In this document: positions 15,833 through 25,686 of the stretch, in pieces
Layout: every line of letters begins with the position of its first letter
Position numbering within the stretch: position 1 is the stretch's first letter
From: Bdellovibrionales bacterium
Lineage (GTDB): Bacteria; Pseudomonadota; Alphaproteobacteria; UBA9219
Direction of reading: 5' to 3'
Assembly: GCA_050248075.1 (NCBI GenBank)
Contig: JBFWTA010000001.1
Span: 1 to 31,033 of the forward strand
Length of the DNA: 31,033 bases
Notes under the pieces: model-generated
The model's database searches: none
Told to the model about the DNA's origin: nothing
The model's input: the letters and a program-made list of their open reading frames with translations, nothing else
Position numbers and translations under genes: made by a program

Positions 15833-16777
15833 TTACTTCTTTTGGTCAAGGAATTCCCGCAAGGCAAGAAAAACTTTATCGGCGCTGAGCCCGGCCAGCG
15901 GCGCGCCGCGCAGCCAGCGGGCACGCGGCCCGTGCGGAGCAGACCATTCAGCGTCGACCTTGTCCGACATGAGGCCCAGCGTCGGCACGCCGAGGGCCGC
16001 CGCGATATGCATGGGACCTGTATCGTTGGCGACCACGCAGACGGCGCGGCGCATGATGCCGGCAAGCTCCGGAATGCTTGTGCGGCCGGAATAATCGGCA
16101 ACCCCCGGGACCACGGCGCAGATGGCGGCGATGGCGTCCTTGTCCTGCCGGGTGCCGACGGCGATGCTGGCGATGCCTTGCGCCTGCAGTTTTTGCGCGA
16201 GTACGGCGAAATGGGCGGGCGGCCAGCGTTTATACTCTCGATGCGGGGCGGAGCCGGGCACCAGCACGGCATAACGGGCCGGAAGGTTCAGCATGTCCAC
16301 GGGAGCATTCAGCCAGCCGAGATCGGCCGGCGGCTGTGTCGGCACACCGGCAAGCCTTAACTGGGCCGACACGAATTCGGTGTAATGCATGCCTTTCTGC
16401 GGCGGGTCGAAGCGCGGCAGGCGGCAGAAGGGTGCATTGCCCGACCATTGGGGACCGAAGGGGCCGCCGAGCAGGGCATAAAGGATGTTCTGGCGGCGCT
16501 TGCCCTGAAGGTCGTAGACGAGGTCGGGGCGGAAGTCGCGGATATCGCGGATCAGCTGGAACCACTGGCCGGGCTGAAGGGCGGAAGGGCGCGGGTCGAT
16601 AATCAGCCGGTCGAACCAGGGCATGGGATGGGCGAAATGGGCAAAGCCGGGCATGGTGAGAAGGGCGATCTCGGCGCCGGGATGCGCCTGCCGGATTTCA
16701 TGGAAGGCCTGGAAGCACAGCACCAGATCGCCCAGCGCACCGAGGCGGATTACAAGGATGCGGCGGAGGGAAGTCAT
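15833..16777 (-). CDS. glycosyltransferase family 9 (heptosyltransferase-like)
   Basis: From MTSLRRILVIRLGALGDLV; PGSAPHREYKRWP, ANDTGPMHIAAALGVPT; ATGA overlap with the GT4 stop. Confidence 0.88.
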   Translation of the reverse strand: MTSLRRILVIRLGALGDLVLCFQAFHEIRQAHPGAEIALLTMPGFAHFAHPMPWFDRLIIDPRPSALQPGQWFQLIRDIRDFRPDLVYDLQGKRRQNILYALLGGPFGPQWSGNAPFCRLPRFDPPQKGMHYTEFVSAQLRLAGVPTQPPADLGWLNAPVDMLNLPARYAVLVPGSAPHREYKRWPPAHFAVLAQKLQAQGIASIAVGTRQDKDAIAAICAVVPGVADYSGRTSIPELAGIMRRAVCVVANDTGPMHIAAALGVPTLGLMSDKVDAEWSAPHGPRARWLRGAPLAGLSADKVFLALREFLDQKK

Positions 16778-17916
16778 TTCGGCACAACCTTCGAGACCTC
16801 TTCGTAAACTTCCAGCGTATGGCCGGTCATGCGTGCCGTGGTGAAATTCCTGCGGACATGATCGGCGGCGGTTCGGGCCAGCAGGGTGCGGGCTTCGGGC
16901 GACAGGCTGAGGATATCGGCGAGGGCGCGGGCCAGCGCCTCGGCGTCGCCCGGCGGCACCAGCCAGCCGGTCTTGCCGTGGACGACGCTTTCGCGTGCGC
17001 CGCCATGGTCGGTGGCGATGACGGGGCGACCCATGGCCTGCGCCTCGATGATCACCCGGCCGAAGCCTTCGGGGCGCGTCGAGGGCGATACCACGATATC
17101 GGCCAGCATATAGGCGGCGGGCATGTCGCGGCAGTCGTCGGCCAAGCGAACGATGCCGCCGATGCCCTTTTGATCTGCAAGGCTGCGGATGTCCTTGCGG
17201 CAGGAACCATCCTCGCCCCCCACCATCATGCACACGATGCCGGTGCGGTTAAGTTTGGCCAGGGCGTCAACCAGAACCAGATGGCCTTTCCAGCGCGACA
17301 TGCGGCCCGGCAGCATGATTACCGGCATGCCGGGAGGCAGTTTCCATTGCTCGCGCAGGGTCGAGACGCGGTCGGGGCTGACGGCGGCGGTGTCGAAACG
17401 GGCGGTATCGACGCCGCGGGGAATGATACGGAGCCTGTCCTCCGTCACGCCATAGACGGATCTGGCGTAGTCGCCGACGAATTGCGAGATCGCGATCACC
17501 CGGTCGCCGCGCGCCATGACGGAATTATAGAAACGCTTGGGCGCGGAGCCCGCGCCGTAGGCGTTGTGAAACGTGGTGACGAAGGGTTTGCGCGCCAGAT
17601 AGGCGGCGCCCCAGGCGCTCCAGGCCGGGGCGCGGCTGCGGGCGTGGACGATATCGACATCGTTGCGCCAGATGGCGGAGGCGATGCGTTCGACATTACG
17701 GTAAATGGTGAAGGGGCTTTTAGAGGCCAGGGGCAGTTCGATATGCGTGCCGCCAGCGGCTTCGATCTCCTTTACCATGGGCCCGCCGGAAGAGGCGACC
17801 AGCGCCTTGTGGCCGGCGGCGACCAGCGCGGCGGCAACCTCGACCGTGCCGCGCTCGACGCCGCCTGTAACAAGCGCCGGCAGGACCTGCAGGACGGTGA
17901 GAGGGCGTCGGGTCAT
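16774..17916 (-). CDS. glycosyltransferase family 4
   Basis: LQVLPALVTGGVERGT, HARSRAPAWS, TTFHNAY, PEGFGRVIIEAQAMG (EX7E). Confidence 0.9.
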   Translation of the reverse strand: MTRRPLTVLQVLPALVTGGVERGTVEVAAALVAAGHKALVASSGGPMVKEIEAAGGTHIELPLASKSPFTIYRNVERIASAIWRNDVDIVHARSRAPAWSAWGAAYLARKPFVTTFHNAYGAGSAPKRFYNSVMARGDRVIAISQFVGDYARSVYGVTEDRLRIIPRGVDTARFDTAAVSPDRVSTLREQWKLPPGMPVIMLPGRMSRWKGHLVLVDALAKLNRTGIVCMMVGGEDGSCRKDIRSLADQKGIGGIVRLADDCRDMPAAYMLADIVVSPSTRPEGFGRVIIEAQAMGRPVIATDHGGARESVVHGKTGWLVPPGDAEALARALADILSLSPEARTLLARTAADHVRRNFTTARMTGHTLEVYEEVSKVVPK

Positions 17917-19094
17917 GCGGTCCGCCCTGTTCCGGATTTCATTGCGACGCCGAGAACCGTTTCGGCGGCTTTTTCGGATGGAATGAACTGGCCGGACCCC
18001 AGCCAGGCTGCGACATCGCCAAGCCCGGCGATCTGTTCGCCGCGCGCCGCGTCGTCGGTGAGAAGGCGATGCACGGCATCCGCAAGCCTTTCGGGCGTGC
18101 AGTCGTCCTGCAGCAGTTCAGGCACGACCATGCGGTCATGCATAAGGTTCACCAGATTGGCGTATTTGATCTTGATAAAGCGGCGGTAGAGGAATGCCGT
18201 GAGCGGGCTGATTTTATAGGCGATGACGGCGGGCAGCCGCGCCATGGCAAGTTCGATCGCCACGGTGCCGGAGCAACTGAGCGCGGCTTTCGAGGCGGCG
18301 AAGGCGTCGTATTTATCGGCGTCGACGCGGATTATTTCAGCCGGTACCGGCCAATCGCGGACCTGGCCGGCGACATAGGATTCCATATTGGGCGTTACCG
18401 GAATGACGGCCTGCACATTCGGGTGCAGACGGTGAAGCCGAATGAGAGTCTCGCGATAGATCGGCATGAGGCGCGTGACTTCGCTCATGCGGCTGCCGGG
18501 CAGGACGGTCAGGAGCGTCGCGCCCGCCGGAACGGCATGCGCCGCGCGGAAGCGTTCGGCGCTGCCGGCGCCGGCGGCGCTTTCGACGATGGGGTGGCCG
18601 ACAAAGGTGCAGGGCAGGCCTTCGCGGGTGAAATAGGGCGGCTCGAAAGGCAGCAGGGCGAGAAGATGGTCGAGGAATTGCGCGACCTTGCGCGCGCGGC
18701 CGGGGCGCCAGGCCCAGACGGTGGGGGCGACATAATGGATGAGGGGAATGCCCTGCCCTTTTAATTGCCGCGCGACGCGGAACGAAAAGTCGGGGGCGTC
18801 GATGGTGATCAGCGCGGCCGGACGGCGGCGGCGGATTTCCCGGATCGTCTGGCGCATGCGGCGCAGCAGGTGCGGCACATGGCGCAGCAGCTCGAACAGG
18901 CCGAAATGGGCGAGTTCTTCCTGCGCAAACAGGAGGTCCATGCCTTCCGCCCGCATGCGCGGGCCGCCGATGCCGGCAAAACGTACCCCGCCGTTCAGGT
19001 TTTTCTTGAGCGCTTGCATCAGGCGCGCCCCAAGCAGATCGCCCGAGGCTTCGCCGGCGATGAGGAAGAAGAGAGGGGCTTCAGGCATCGGCAT
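17913..19094 (-). CDS. lpxB: lipid-A-disaccharide synthase
   Basis: IAGEASGDLLG, TIDAPDF, HYVAPTVWAWR, LPFEP, FVGHP, LPGSRMSE, SGTVAIE. Confidence 0.95.
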   Translation of the reverse strand: MPMPEAPLFFLIAGEASGDLLGARLMQALKKNLNGGVRFAGIGGPRMRAEGMDLLFAQEELAHFGLFELLRHVPHLLRRMRQTIREIRRRRPAALITIDAPDFSFRVARQLKGQGIPLIHYVAPTVWAWRPGRARKVAQFLDHLLALLPFEPPYFTREGLPCTFVGHPIVESAAGAGSAERFRAAHAVPAGATLLTVLPGSRMSEVTRLMPIYRETLIRLHRLHPNVQAVIPVTPNMESYVAGQVRDWPVPAEIIRVDADKYDAFAASKAALSCSGTVAIELAMARLPAVIAYKISPLTAFLYRRFIKIKYANLVNLMHDRMVVPELLQDDCTPERLADAVHRLLTDDAARGEQIAGLGDVAAWLGSGQFIPSEKAAETVLGVAMKSGTGRTA

Positions 19095-19920
19095 TGTCCG
19101 TCAATGCGAGGCCAAGAATGAACAGGCCCTGCCCATCGGCCAGGACCACGGTCTTTTCGCGGTCGATGATGAGGCTGCGGCGGGCTTCGACAGCGATGCC
19201 GCGCAAGCCTGCGGCGGCGGCGGCAGTTACGGTGTCGGGGCCGATGGTCGGCAGGTCGTAGCGGTTGTCCTGCTGCGGCTTGGCGATTTTGACCAGTACG
19301 CCGCCGGGACCTTCGCGGCGCAGGGTGCCGCTGCGGACGATCAGGGCGTCGGTGCCTTCGATGGCTTCGACGCCTAGCACGATACCCTGTTGAATAATGA
19401 CGGACTGGCCGATATCCAGCGTGCCGAGGGCGCGGGCCACCTGAAGGCCGCGGGCAATATCCTGCCGCGCGTCATTGTCGGGGGCTTCACGGGTCAGCAG
19501 GCCTTCGGGCGCCAGAAGATCGGTGAAAATATCCTGCACGCCGATGACGCGCATGCCGGATTCGTCCTCGATCGCCTTGCCGACGGCGCGCAACAGGGCA
19601 TCGTCGCCCAGCATGTTCATGCCGATTTTGGTAAGCACCTTGATCGCCAGCCAGTCGGGCTTGATTTCCATGAGCGAGGGGCGGCGCACGCGGCCGATCA
19701 TGACGGCTTCCTGCAGTCCGTGCCGGGCGGCGAGGTCCTTCAGTTTCGATCCGGCGCCGAGCGGCAGCCACACATGCGGCAGGTCTTTGGCCAGATCCGC
19801 ATCGGCCTGGCCCTGCAGGCAAATGACAAAAAATTCGCGGCCCATTCTCTGGCAGGCGGCGATGAGGTGGCGCGGGGCATTGCCGCCGCCGGCGATAATG
19901 GCGAGTTTGGGGAAGCTCAT
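19081..19920 (-). CDS. lpxI: UDP-2,3-diacylglucosamine pyrophosphatase LpxI
   Basis: IIAGGG..P, DIGQSV, VEAIEGTD, KIAKPQQD.RYDLPTIG; lies between lpxA and lpxB. Confidence 0.93.
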   Translation of the reverse strand: MSFPKLAIIAGGGNAPRHLIAACQRMGREFFVICLQGQADADLAKDLPHVWLPLGAGSKLKDLAARHGLQEAVMIGRVRRPSLMEIKPDWLAIKVLTKIGMNMLGDDALLRAVGKAIEDESGMRVIGVQDIFTDLLAPEGLLTREAPDNDARQDIARGLQVARALGTLDIGQSVIIQQGIVLGVEAIEGTDALIVRSGTLRREGPGGVLVKIAKPQQDNRYDLPTIGPDTVTAAAAAGLRGIAVEARRSLIIDREKTVVLADGQGLFILGLALTDNADA

Positions 19921-19929
19921 GCGGCTCCC

Positions 19930-20760
19930 CTATTCATCCTCGTTTTTGGGCTGGCACAGAGGCCGGTCGGAGGAGGTCCGGATGAATTCGACAATACGCT
20001 CCACCTGCGTCTGGTTTTTGTAATGCATGGCCATTTCCTCGAGCCGCTCGGCGAGAGTGCCTTCGGGCGCGAAGAGCATGCGATAGGCGGCGCGCAGGTC
20101 GCGCACGTCGTCGCGACTGAAACCACGACGCTCCAGCCCGACAAGATTGAGCCCCGCGAGATGTGCGCGTTCGCCTTTGACGAGGCCAAAGGGAATGACG
20201 TCCTTTTCGACGCCCGACATGCCGCCGATGATGGCGTAGTCACCGATGCGGACGAACTGATGCACGGCCGAGAGGCCGCCGACGATCACGTAATTGCCGA
20301 CGGTGACATGGCCGGCCAGCGTGGCGTTGTTGGCGAGAATGACATGATTACCCAGCTGGCAGTCATGTGCCACATGGGAGCCGACCATGAAAAGGCAGTC
20401 GTCGCCAACGCGTGTCACCATAGTGCCGCCTTCGGTGCCGGGGTTCATCGTCACATGTTCGCGGATCTGGTTGCGGGCGCCGATTTCGAGCGTCGAGGGC
20501 TCACCCTTATATTTTAAATCCTGCGGGCGGTGGCCGAGCGAGGCGAAAGGATAGATGACCGTATCGGTGCCAATGCGGGTGCGGCCGTCAACTACCACAT
20601 GGGCAACGAGTCGCACGTTGTCTTCGAGCGTGACATCCGGGCCGACAATGCAATAGGGGCCGATGTTTACGCCGGCGCCAAGGCGGGCGGCGGGATCAAT
20701 CACGGCCGTGGGATGGATATCGGCCTTGCCGTTATCCGTTTTGATTCTTGTCGTCGGCAT
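19930..20760 (-). CDS. lpxA: UDP-N-acetylglucosamine acyltransferase
   Basis: IHPTAVI hexapeptide repeats, PQDLKY, SHVAHDC, LAGHV, SAVHQF; ATG at 20760 overlaps the 3' end of fabZ. Confidence 0.95.
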   Translation of the reverse strand: MPTTRIKTDNGKADIHPTAVIDPAARLGAGVNIGPYCIVGPDVTLEDNVRLVAHVVVDGRTRIGTDTVIYPFASLGHRPQDLKYKGEPSTLEIGARNQIREHVTMNPGTEGGTMVTRVGDDCLFMVGSHVAHDCQLGNHVILANNATLAGHVTVGNYVIVGGLSAVHQFVRIGDYAIIGGMSGVEKDVIPFGLVKGERAHLAGLNLVGLERRGFSRDDVRDLRAAYRMLFAPEGTLAERLEEMAMHYKNQTQVERIVEFIRTSSDRPLCQPKNEDE

Positions 20761-21217
20761 TCGCAACCAGCATGGCAGTATAAACGGCATCGGCGCACAG
20801 CACGCCATCGACATAGGCTTCGCCGCGAAACTTCCATACGTTGCCGCGCTGGCGTTCTTTTTTGACTTTTATATGCAGCTGGTCGCCCGGGCCGACCGGC
20901 TTGCGGAAATGGGCGCTTTCAATCGACATGAAATACACGACATGCGTTTCGCAGCTTACGCCATCGAGCGAGGCGACGACGAGCGTGGCGGAGGTCTGCG
21001 CCATCGCTTCGATGATCAGCACGCCCGGCATGATGGGATGGCCGGGAAAGTGGCCCTGGAAAAAAGGTTCGTTCGACGTGACGTTCTTGATGCCGGTGCA
21101 GCTTTCGCCTTTCACGACGTCAACGACGCGGTCGATCATCAGCATCGGGTAACGATGCGGGATGCGGTCCATGATACCCTTGATATCTATGGTATCGCTG
21201 GGATTTGGCTTTTTCAT
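20732..21217 (-). CDS. fabZ: 3-hydroxyacyl-ACP dehydratase
   Basis: IPHRYPML.IDRV, NEPFFQGHFP..PIMPGVLIIEAMAQ, FRKPV.PGD. Confidence 0.96.
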   Translation of the reverse strand: MKKPNPSDTIDIKGIMDRIPHRYPMLMIDRVVDVVKGESCTGIKNVTSNEPFFQGHFPGHPIMPGVLIIEAMAQTSATLVVASLDGVSCETHVVYFMSIESAHFRKPVGPGDQLHIKVKKERQRGNVWKFRGEAYVDGVLCADAVYTAMLVANADDKNQNG

Positions 21218-21279
21218 AAAATCTACTCCACGCCTCGTCCGGCGCGTTGGGATCAGGGCCGATTGTTGGGCAATAAGGC

Positions 21280-21309
21280 ATTTTAGCGCGGCCGGGCCTA
21301 TGCTTTCAA
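21280..21309 (-). promoter_or_regulatory. candidate internal sigma70 promoter for fabZ-lpxA-lpxI-lpxB (TTGAAA-N18-TAAAAT)
   Basis: Minus strand -35 at 21309-21304, -10 at 21285-21280; the -35 lies inside the inverted repeat GGCCTAT-N7-ATAGGCC (21295-21315). Confidence 0.45.
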
Positions 21310-21322
21310 TAGGCCGTAGGGG

Positions 21323-21937
21323 CTAGGGAGAGGGCGGCTTAAGCGTTTCGTCCGACTTGTCCTCCGGAGGCATTTTGACGGTTACCTGCGGAAGCTTGTC
21401 GTTAAGCTGGGCAAGCACCTCGTCCGTGAGATCAAAAGACGGGTCGCTCCAGACCATTTGCTGTTTCGTAAGCACGATATTGGCACCATGTTGCCGGGCA
21501 ATCTCGTTAACCACTTTCAGAAGCCCGTCCCGCACGGCATTCATTGAGTCGCTGAAAGCCTGGTCGAGCACCTTGCGGCGGGACTGCACGTGACGTTCGA
21601 CGGTCAGAAAACGCTGGCGCAACAGCTGTTCGCGGTCGGAATAGGCGTCGGGCTTAAGCTGGTCGCGCGATTTGTTGAGATCCTGCTCCGCTTTGCGCAA
21701 TTCGTTTTCTTCCTTGCTGATGGCGGCCTGAAATTTGGCGCGGTGGCTTTCAAGCTGTTTTTGCACGCTTTGGGCAGCAAACGATTCATCGAGAATGCGC
21801 TGCACATCGACGACCGCGATAACCGGCGGCGATAATTTTTCGGGCGTTTTTGCCATAGCGAATGGCGTCGCGCAGGCTGCCGCCAAAAACAGCGCGGCGG
21901 AAAAAAGATGCATGACGCGGCGGCTGAAATCAACCAT
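21323..21937 (-). CDS. skp: OmpH/Skp outer-membrane chaperone
   Basis: Signal peptide, IAVVDVQRIL, coiled-coil body, FDLTDEVLAQLN; follows bamA (start may be 21913). Confidence 0.88.
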   Translation of the reverse strand: MVDFSRRVMHLFSAALFLAAACATPFAMAKTPEKLSPPVIAVVDVQRILDESFAAQSVQKQLESHRAKFQAAISKEENELRKAEQDLNKSRDQLKPDAYSDREQLLRQRFLTVERHVQSRRKVLDQAFSDSMNAVRDGLLKVVNEIARQHGANIVLTKQQMVWSDPSFDLTDEVLAQLNDKLPQVTVKMPPEDKSDETLKPPSP

Positions 21938-21972
21938 GGGCCGACCTTTCGCGGGAAGTATGAAGATACCGG

Positions 21973-24291
21973 TTAAAAAGTGGTGCCAAAACTGAAATGA
22001 ATGTGCTGGAGCTTATCGTAAGATTTATAGATCACCGGATGGGCATAATCGATCCGGACGGGGCCGAACGGCGACTGCCATGTCACGCCGATGCCGGTGC
22101 TGAGTCGCAAGCTTTCATCCATGGCAACCTGATCGCCCGGAGGCGCCGTGACCGAGCCGCCGCCCAGGGTGCCGCCTTCGACAAAGAACCGGCCCTTAAG
22201 CCCGAATTCCGGCGGGAAGGGGGTTGGGGTGATCAGTTCGATCGTCCCGCGCGAGAAGCGGTCGCCGCCCAAAGCGTCCTGGTTGCTGTCCGATAGATCG
22301 CGGGGCCCAATGCCGGCATATTCGAAACCACGCAGGGTGTCGCCGCCAAGGAAGAAGCGCTCGTTGATCTTGGTGGGGCCGTTAAGACCCCATATCTGGC
22401 CGACTTCCGCGGTGCCGCTGACGGTCCATTTCTCCGCGATCGGATAGTATTGCGTGCCGCCAGCGCGAACACGAGCCCATTTGCGCGATCCGCCGGCGCC
22501 GGCGACATCGGTGTTGAGGTGAGTGAAGAAACCTTTTGTAGGCTCCAATTTACTGTCGCGCGTGTCGTAATTAAGTTCCTGGCCAAAGGACGATGTGGTT
22601 GTCGTGCCTTGCTGCTGCTGAATAAAAAGCGAAGCGGTGCTCGGGATATCCTCGATCGTATCGTGGTGAAAAGTGTAATTGACTTTCTGACGCAGTTCCT
22701 GAGACAGCGGATATCCCATGCGCAGGGCAAAACCGGTGCTGGTCTGGCTGTAGGAGCTCAGATCCTGGTTGTCGGTCTGGGTGCGGAAGGCATCGACGCC
22801 CGCAGAAAGATCTCGGTCCAGGAAATAGGGCTCCGTGAAGCTAGTATTGACCTGTTTCGTGCGGCCCGAAATCGTGGCGCCGAAGCGGACATCCTGGCCG
22901 CGGCCCATGAAATTGCCTTCATGAATATTGAAATCGCCCAAGGGGCCGTCGGTGGAGGAGAAGCCGGCACCGATCGATATTTCGCCGGTCGATTTTTCCT
23001 TCACATCCACTTTGACATTGGCGCGGTCAGGCTGACCGCCATCGACAGGGGTAACCTTGACCGTTTCAAAGAAGTTAAGGTCTTTCAGTTTCTGTTCGGA
23101 CAGGTGGATTTTTGTGGCGCTGAACGGGTCGCCTTCGGCCAGGCGCATTTCCCTGCGGATAACCTTGTCGACGGTGCGCGAATTGCCGTTGATGTCAATG
23201 CGGCTGATATAGACGCGTTCGCCCTGCTTGACGTCAAAAATAATGTCGACGGTATGCGTATCCTTATGCTTGTCCGGCTGAGGCACGATATTGGCGAAGG
23301 CATATTGCTTGTCGCCGAGAACGGTGCTGAGGGTGGTAACGGTCTTGTCGATACGGTCGGCGGAATACCAGTCGCCCTCGCGGGCTTTCAGGTACTGGCG
23401 CAGCTTGCCGCCGTCGAGGCCCTTGATCTCGCTTTTGACATCGATCTTGCCGAATTTATAGCGCGGGCCTTCCTCGATCGTGAAGGTGATAAAGAAATCC
23501 TCGCGGTCGGGGGTAAGTTCGGCCACCGCGGACAGAACGCGGAAATCGACATAGCCTTCGTTCAGATAGAAGCGGCGCAGCAGTTCCCTGTCGTAATTGA
23601 GGCGGTCGGGATCGTAATAGTCGGTGTTGGAGAAAAAGCGCCACCACGCGCTTTCGCGCGTGCTGATCGCCTGATGCAGTTCGCCGTCGTCGTAATGCTC
23701 GTTGCCAACGAATTTGATGCTGCGGATGCCGGTGCGGCTGCCTTCGGTGATTTCGAAAACGAGATCCACGCGGTTCTGGGCAAGCTTGACGATCTTGGGC
23801 TCGACGACAGCGGCGAAACGGCCCTGACGGCGATAGACATCCAGAATGCGCTGCACGTCGCGCTGGACGCGCGGAAGGGTATAAACGAGACGCGGCTTGA
23901 GTTGGATTTCCTTCTCCAGATCTTCCTTCGAGATGGCGTCATTGCCTTCGAACGTTATGCGGTTGATGATCGGATTTTCCGTCACCTTCACCATAAGCGT
24001 CGAGCCTTGCATGGCGATGTTGATGTCGGCGAACAGGCCGGTGGCATAGAGCGCCTTGAGCGAGGAGTCGATCTTGTCCTGGGTGACGTGATCGCCTTTG
24101 GCAAAAGTGAGGTAGGATGTGACGGTTTCGGGTTCGAGGCGCTCGGTGCCTTCGACGCGAATTTCGCCGATTGCGTTGCCGGCGGATGTCATGGCCATTT
24201 GCTGGGCCTTGGCCGGTCCGGTAACGGAAAAGACGAGCAGGCCGGCGAGTGCGGCAAGACGGCAATAATGAAACCGGGAATTTATCGGCAT
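21973..24291 (-). CDS. bamA: outer membrane protein assembly factor BamA
   Basis: POTRA domains (IRVEGTERLE, ITFEGN, IDINGNSRT), barrel with FFLGGDTLRGF, C-terminal FSFGTTF; start taken at MPINSRF. Confidence 0.96.
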   Translation of the reverse strand: MPINSRFHYCRLAALAGLLVFSVTGPAKAQQMAMTSAGNAIGEIRVEGTERLEPETVTSYLTFAKGDHVTQDKIDSSLKALYATGLFADINIAMQGSTLMVKVTENPIINRITFEGNDAISKEDLEKEIQLKPRLVYTLPRVQRDVQRILDVYRRQGRFAAVVEPKIVKLAQNRVDLVFEITEGSRTGIRSIKFVGNEHYDDGELHQAISTRESAWWRFFSNTDYYDPDRLNYDRELLRRFYLNEGYVDFRVLSAVAELTPDREDFFITFTIEEGPRYKFGKIDVKSEIKGLDGGKLRQYLKAREGDWYSADRIDKTVTTLSTVLGDKQYAFANIVPQPDKHKDTHTVDIIFDVKQGERVYISRIDINGNSRTVDKVIRREMRLAEGDPFSATKIHLSEQKLKDLNFFETVKVTPVDGGQPDRANVKVDVKEKSTGEISIGAGFSSTDGPLGDFNIHEGNFMGRGQDVRFGATISGRTKQVNTSFTEPYFLDRDLSAGVDAFRTQTDNQDLSSYSQTSTGFALRMGYPLSQELRQKVNYTFHHDTIEDIPSTASLFIQQQQGTTTTSSFGQELNYDTRDSKLEPTKGFFTHLNTDVAGAGGSRKWARVRAGGTQYYPIAEKWTVSGTAEVGQIWGLNGPTKINERFFLGGDTLRGFEYAGIGPRDLSDSNQDALGGDRFSRGTIELITPTPFPPEFGLKGRFFVEGGTLGGGSVTAPPGDQVAMDESLRLSTGIGVTWQSPFGPVRIDYAHPVIYKSYDKLQHIHFSFGTTF

Positions 24292-24478
24292 GAACAGGAG
24301 GGCCCTGATTCTGTAAAACAGAGGCGCAGAGTAGAAAATAACCCTGCATCGCACAAGGTCATTCAGGCGGGTGCGGTTATCAAAGAAAAGCCGCGGCGAA
24401 GCTTAGCGTTTGTATCTCCAGCGATTCTTCAAGATCGGCCGATGCAGCGGGGCGACAGCCGGGAAAATAGGCCCAGGC

Positions 24479-25615
24479 TCAGGAAAATAATTGCCGCAGA
24501 TAGGATATGACCTTGAGGTGCACGAGATCGTTCCATGTTGCAAATACCATGAGCGCCGCGACCAGAACCATCCCGCAATTGGCGCCGGCTTCCTGGATGC
24601 GAAGGCTGAGCGGCTTGCCGCGCAGACGTTCCATCAGATAGAAAACGAGATGGCCGCCATCGAGCAGCGGAACCGGGAACAGGTTGATCAGCCCGAGATT
24701 GATCGAGATCACGGCGATGAACCAGATAAGGGTGATGGCGCCTTCCTGGGCGATTTTGCCGGACATTTCCGCAATGCGGAGCGGGCCGCCGACTTCTTCG
24801 GTGCCGCGGGCCCCGACCACCATCTGGCCGACAGCCTTGAGCGTGCTGGCGGTGAGATTCCAAGTCTCGATAAAGGACTGCCGGATCGCTTCCACGGGCG
24901 GCTGCTTGATGTATTCGAGCTTGTCGGAGGTGATGCCGATACGGCCGATCTTGTGCGTTCCGCCGAAATTATCCGTCACGTCGACGATTTCGGGCGTAAG
25001 GGTAAATGTAAGATTCTGGCCGGCCCGGTCGACTTCGACGGCAATCGGCGTACCGGGATTAAGCGCTACGATGCGCTTGATGTCTTCAAAGCGGCTTATC
25101 GTACCGCCATCGGCTGTAAGCACGCGGTCGCCCGGCTGAATGCCGGCCCTGGCGGCGGCGCTGTTTTCCAATACCCCGCCGATGAGGGCCGGTGTGAAGG
25201 GCTGGCCGCTAAACATGAAAAGAAGGGCGAGAACGATGATGGCGAATATGTAATTGGCCGCGGGGCCGGCAACGATCACCGCCATGCGCTTGTTAACGGA
25301 TTGATGAAAAAAGGAAACGCGCTTTTCGTCATGCGTCATTTCCAGAACCTTGGCGTCGGGAGTGCTGGCGGGATTGGCGTCGCCGAACATTTTCACATAG
25401 CCGCCAAGCGGCAGCCAGGACACCTTCCAGCGCGTGCCGCGCTTGTCGGTCCGGCCGAATATTTCGGGACCAAAGCCGAGCGAAAAGGTCTCGATCTTCA
25501 CGCCACAGCGGCGGGCCACCCAGTAGTGGCCGAATTCATGGACGAATACCACGACGCTTATGACAATAATGAAGGGAATAATGTAATGAATTAAGGTGCT
25601 TAGAAGGTGTTCCAT
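24479..25615 (-). CDS. rseP: RIP metalloprotease RseP (MmpA-like)
   Basis: HEFGH (HExxH), PDZ domain, NLFPVPLLDGG. Confidence 0.96.
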   Translation of the reverse strand: MEHLLSTLIHYIIPFIIVISVVVFVHEFGHYWVARRCGVKIETFSLGFGPEIFGRTDKRGTRWKVSWLPLGGYVKMFGDANPASTPDAKVLEMTHDEKRVSFFHQSVNKRMAVIVAGPAANYIFAIIVLALLFMFSGQPFTPALIGGVLENSAAARAGIQPGDRVLTADGGTISRFEDIKRIVALNPGTPIAVEVDRAGQNLTFTLTPEIVDVTDNFGGTHKIGRIGITSDKLEYIKQPPVEAIRQSFIETWNLTASTLKAVGQMVVGARGTEEVGGPLRIAEMSGKIAQEGAITLIWFIAVISINLGLINLFPVPLLDGGHLVFYLMERLRGKPLSLRIQEAGANCGMVLVAALMVFATWNDLVHLKVISYLRQLFS

Positions 25616-25671
25616 GCTGTTGTTCCTTAGTGGGAAGACTCAACCTTACCCTCGGCAGGGTGAATAACAAA

Positions 25672-25686
25672 TTAATTCCGCATTAA
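25672..25686. promoter_or_regulatory. CtrA full-site consensus TTAA-N7-TTAA upstream of rseP
   Basis: TTAA-TTCCGCA-TTAA, 57-71 bp upstream of the rseP ATG; GANTC (GACTC) at 25637-25641. Confidence 0.55.

Noticed and set aside
22450-24510. 686-aa antisense ORF over bamA, and similar shadows over GT4, lpxA/lpxI and rseP
   Set aside because: Fully opposite well-conserved genes, with no recognisable motifs; explained by GC3 bias.
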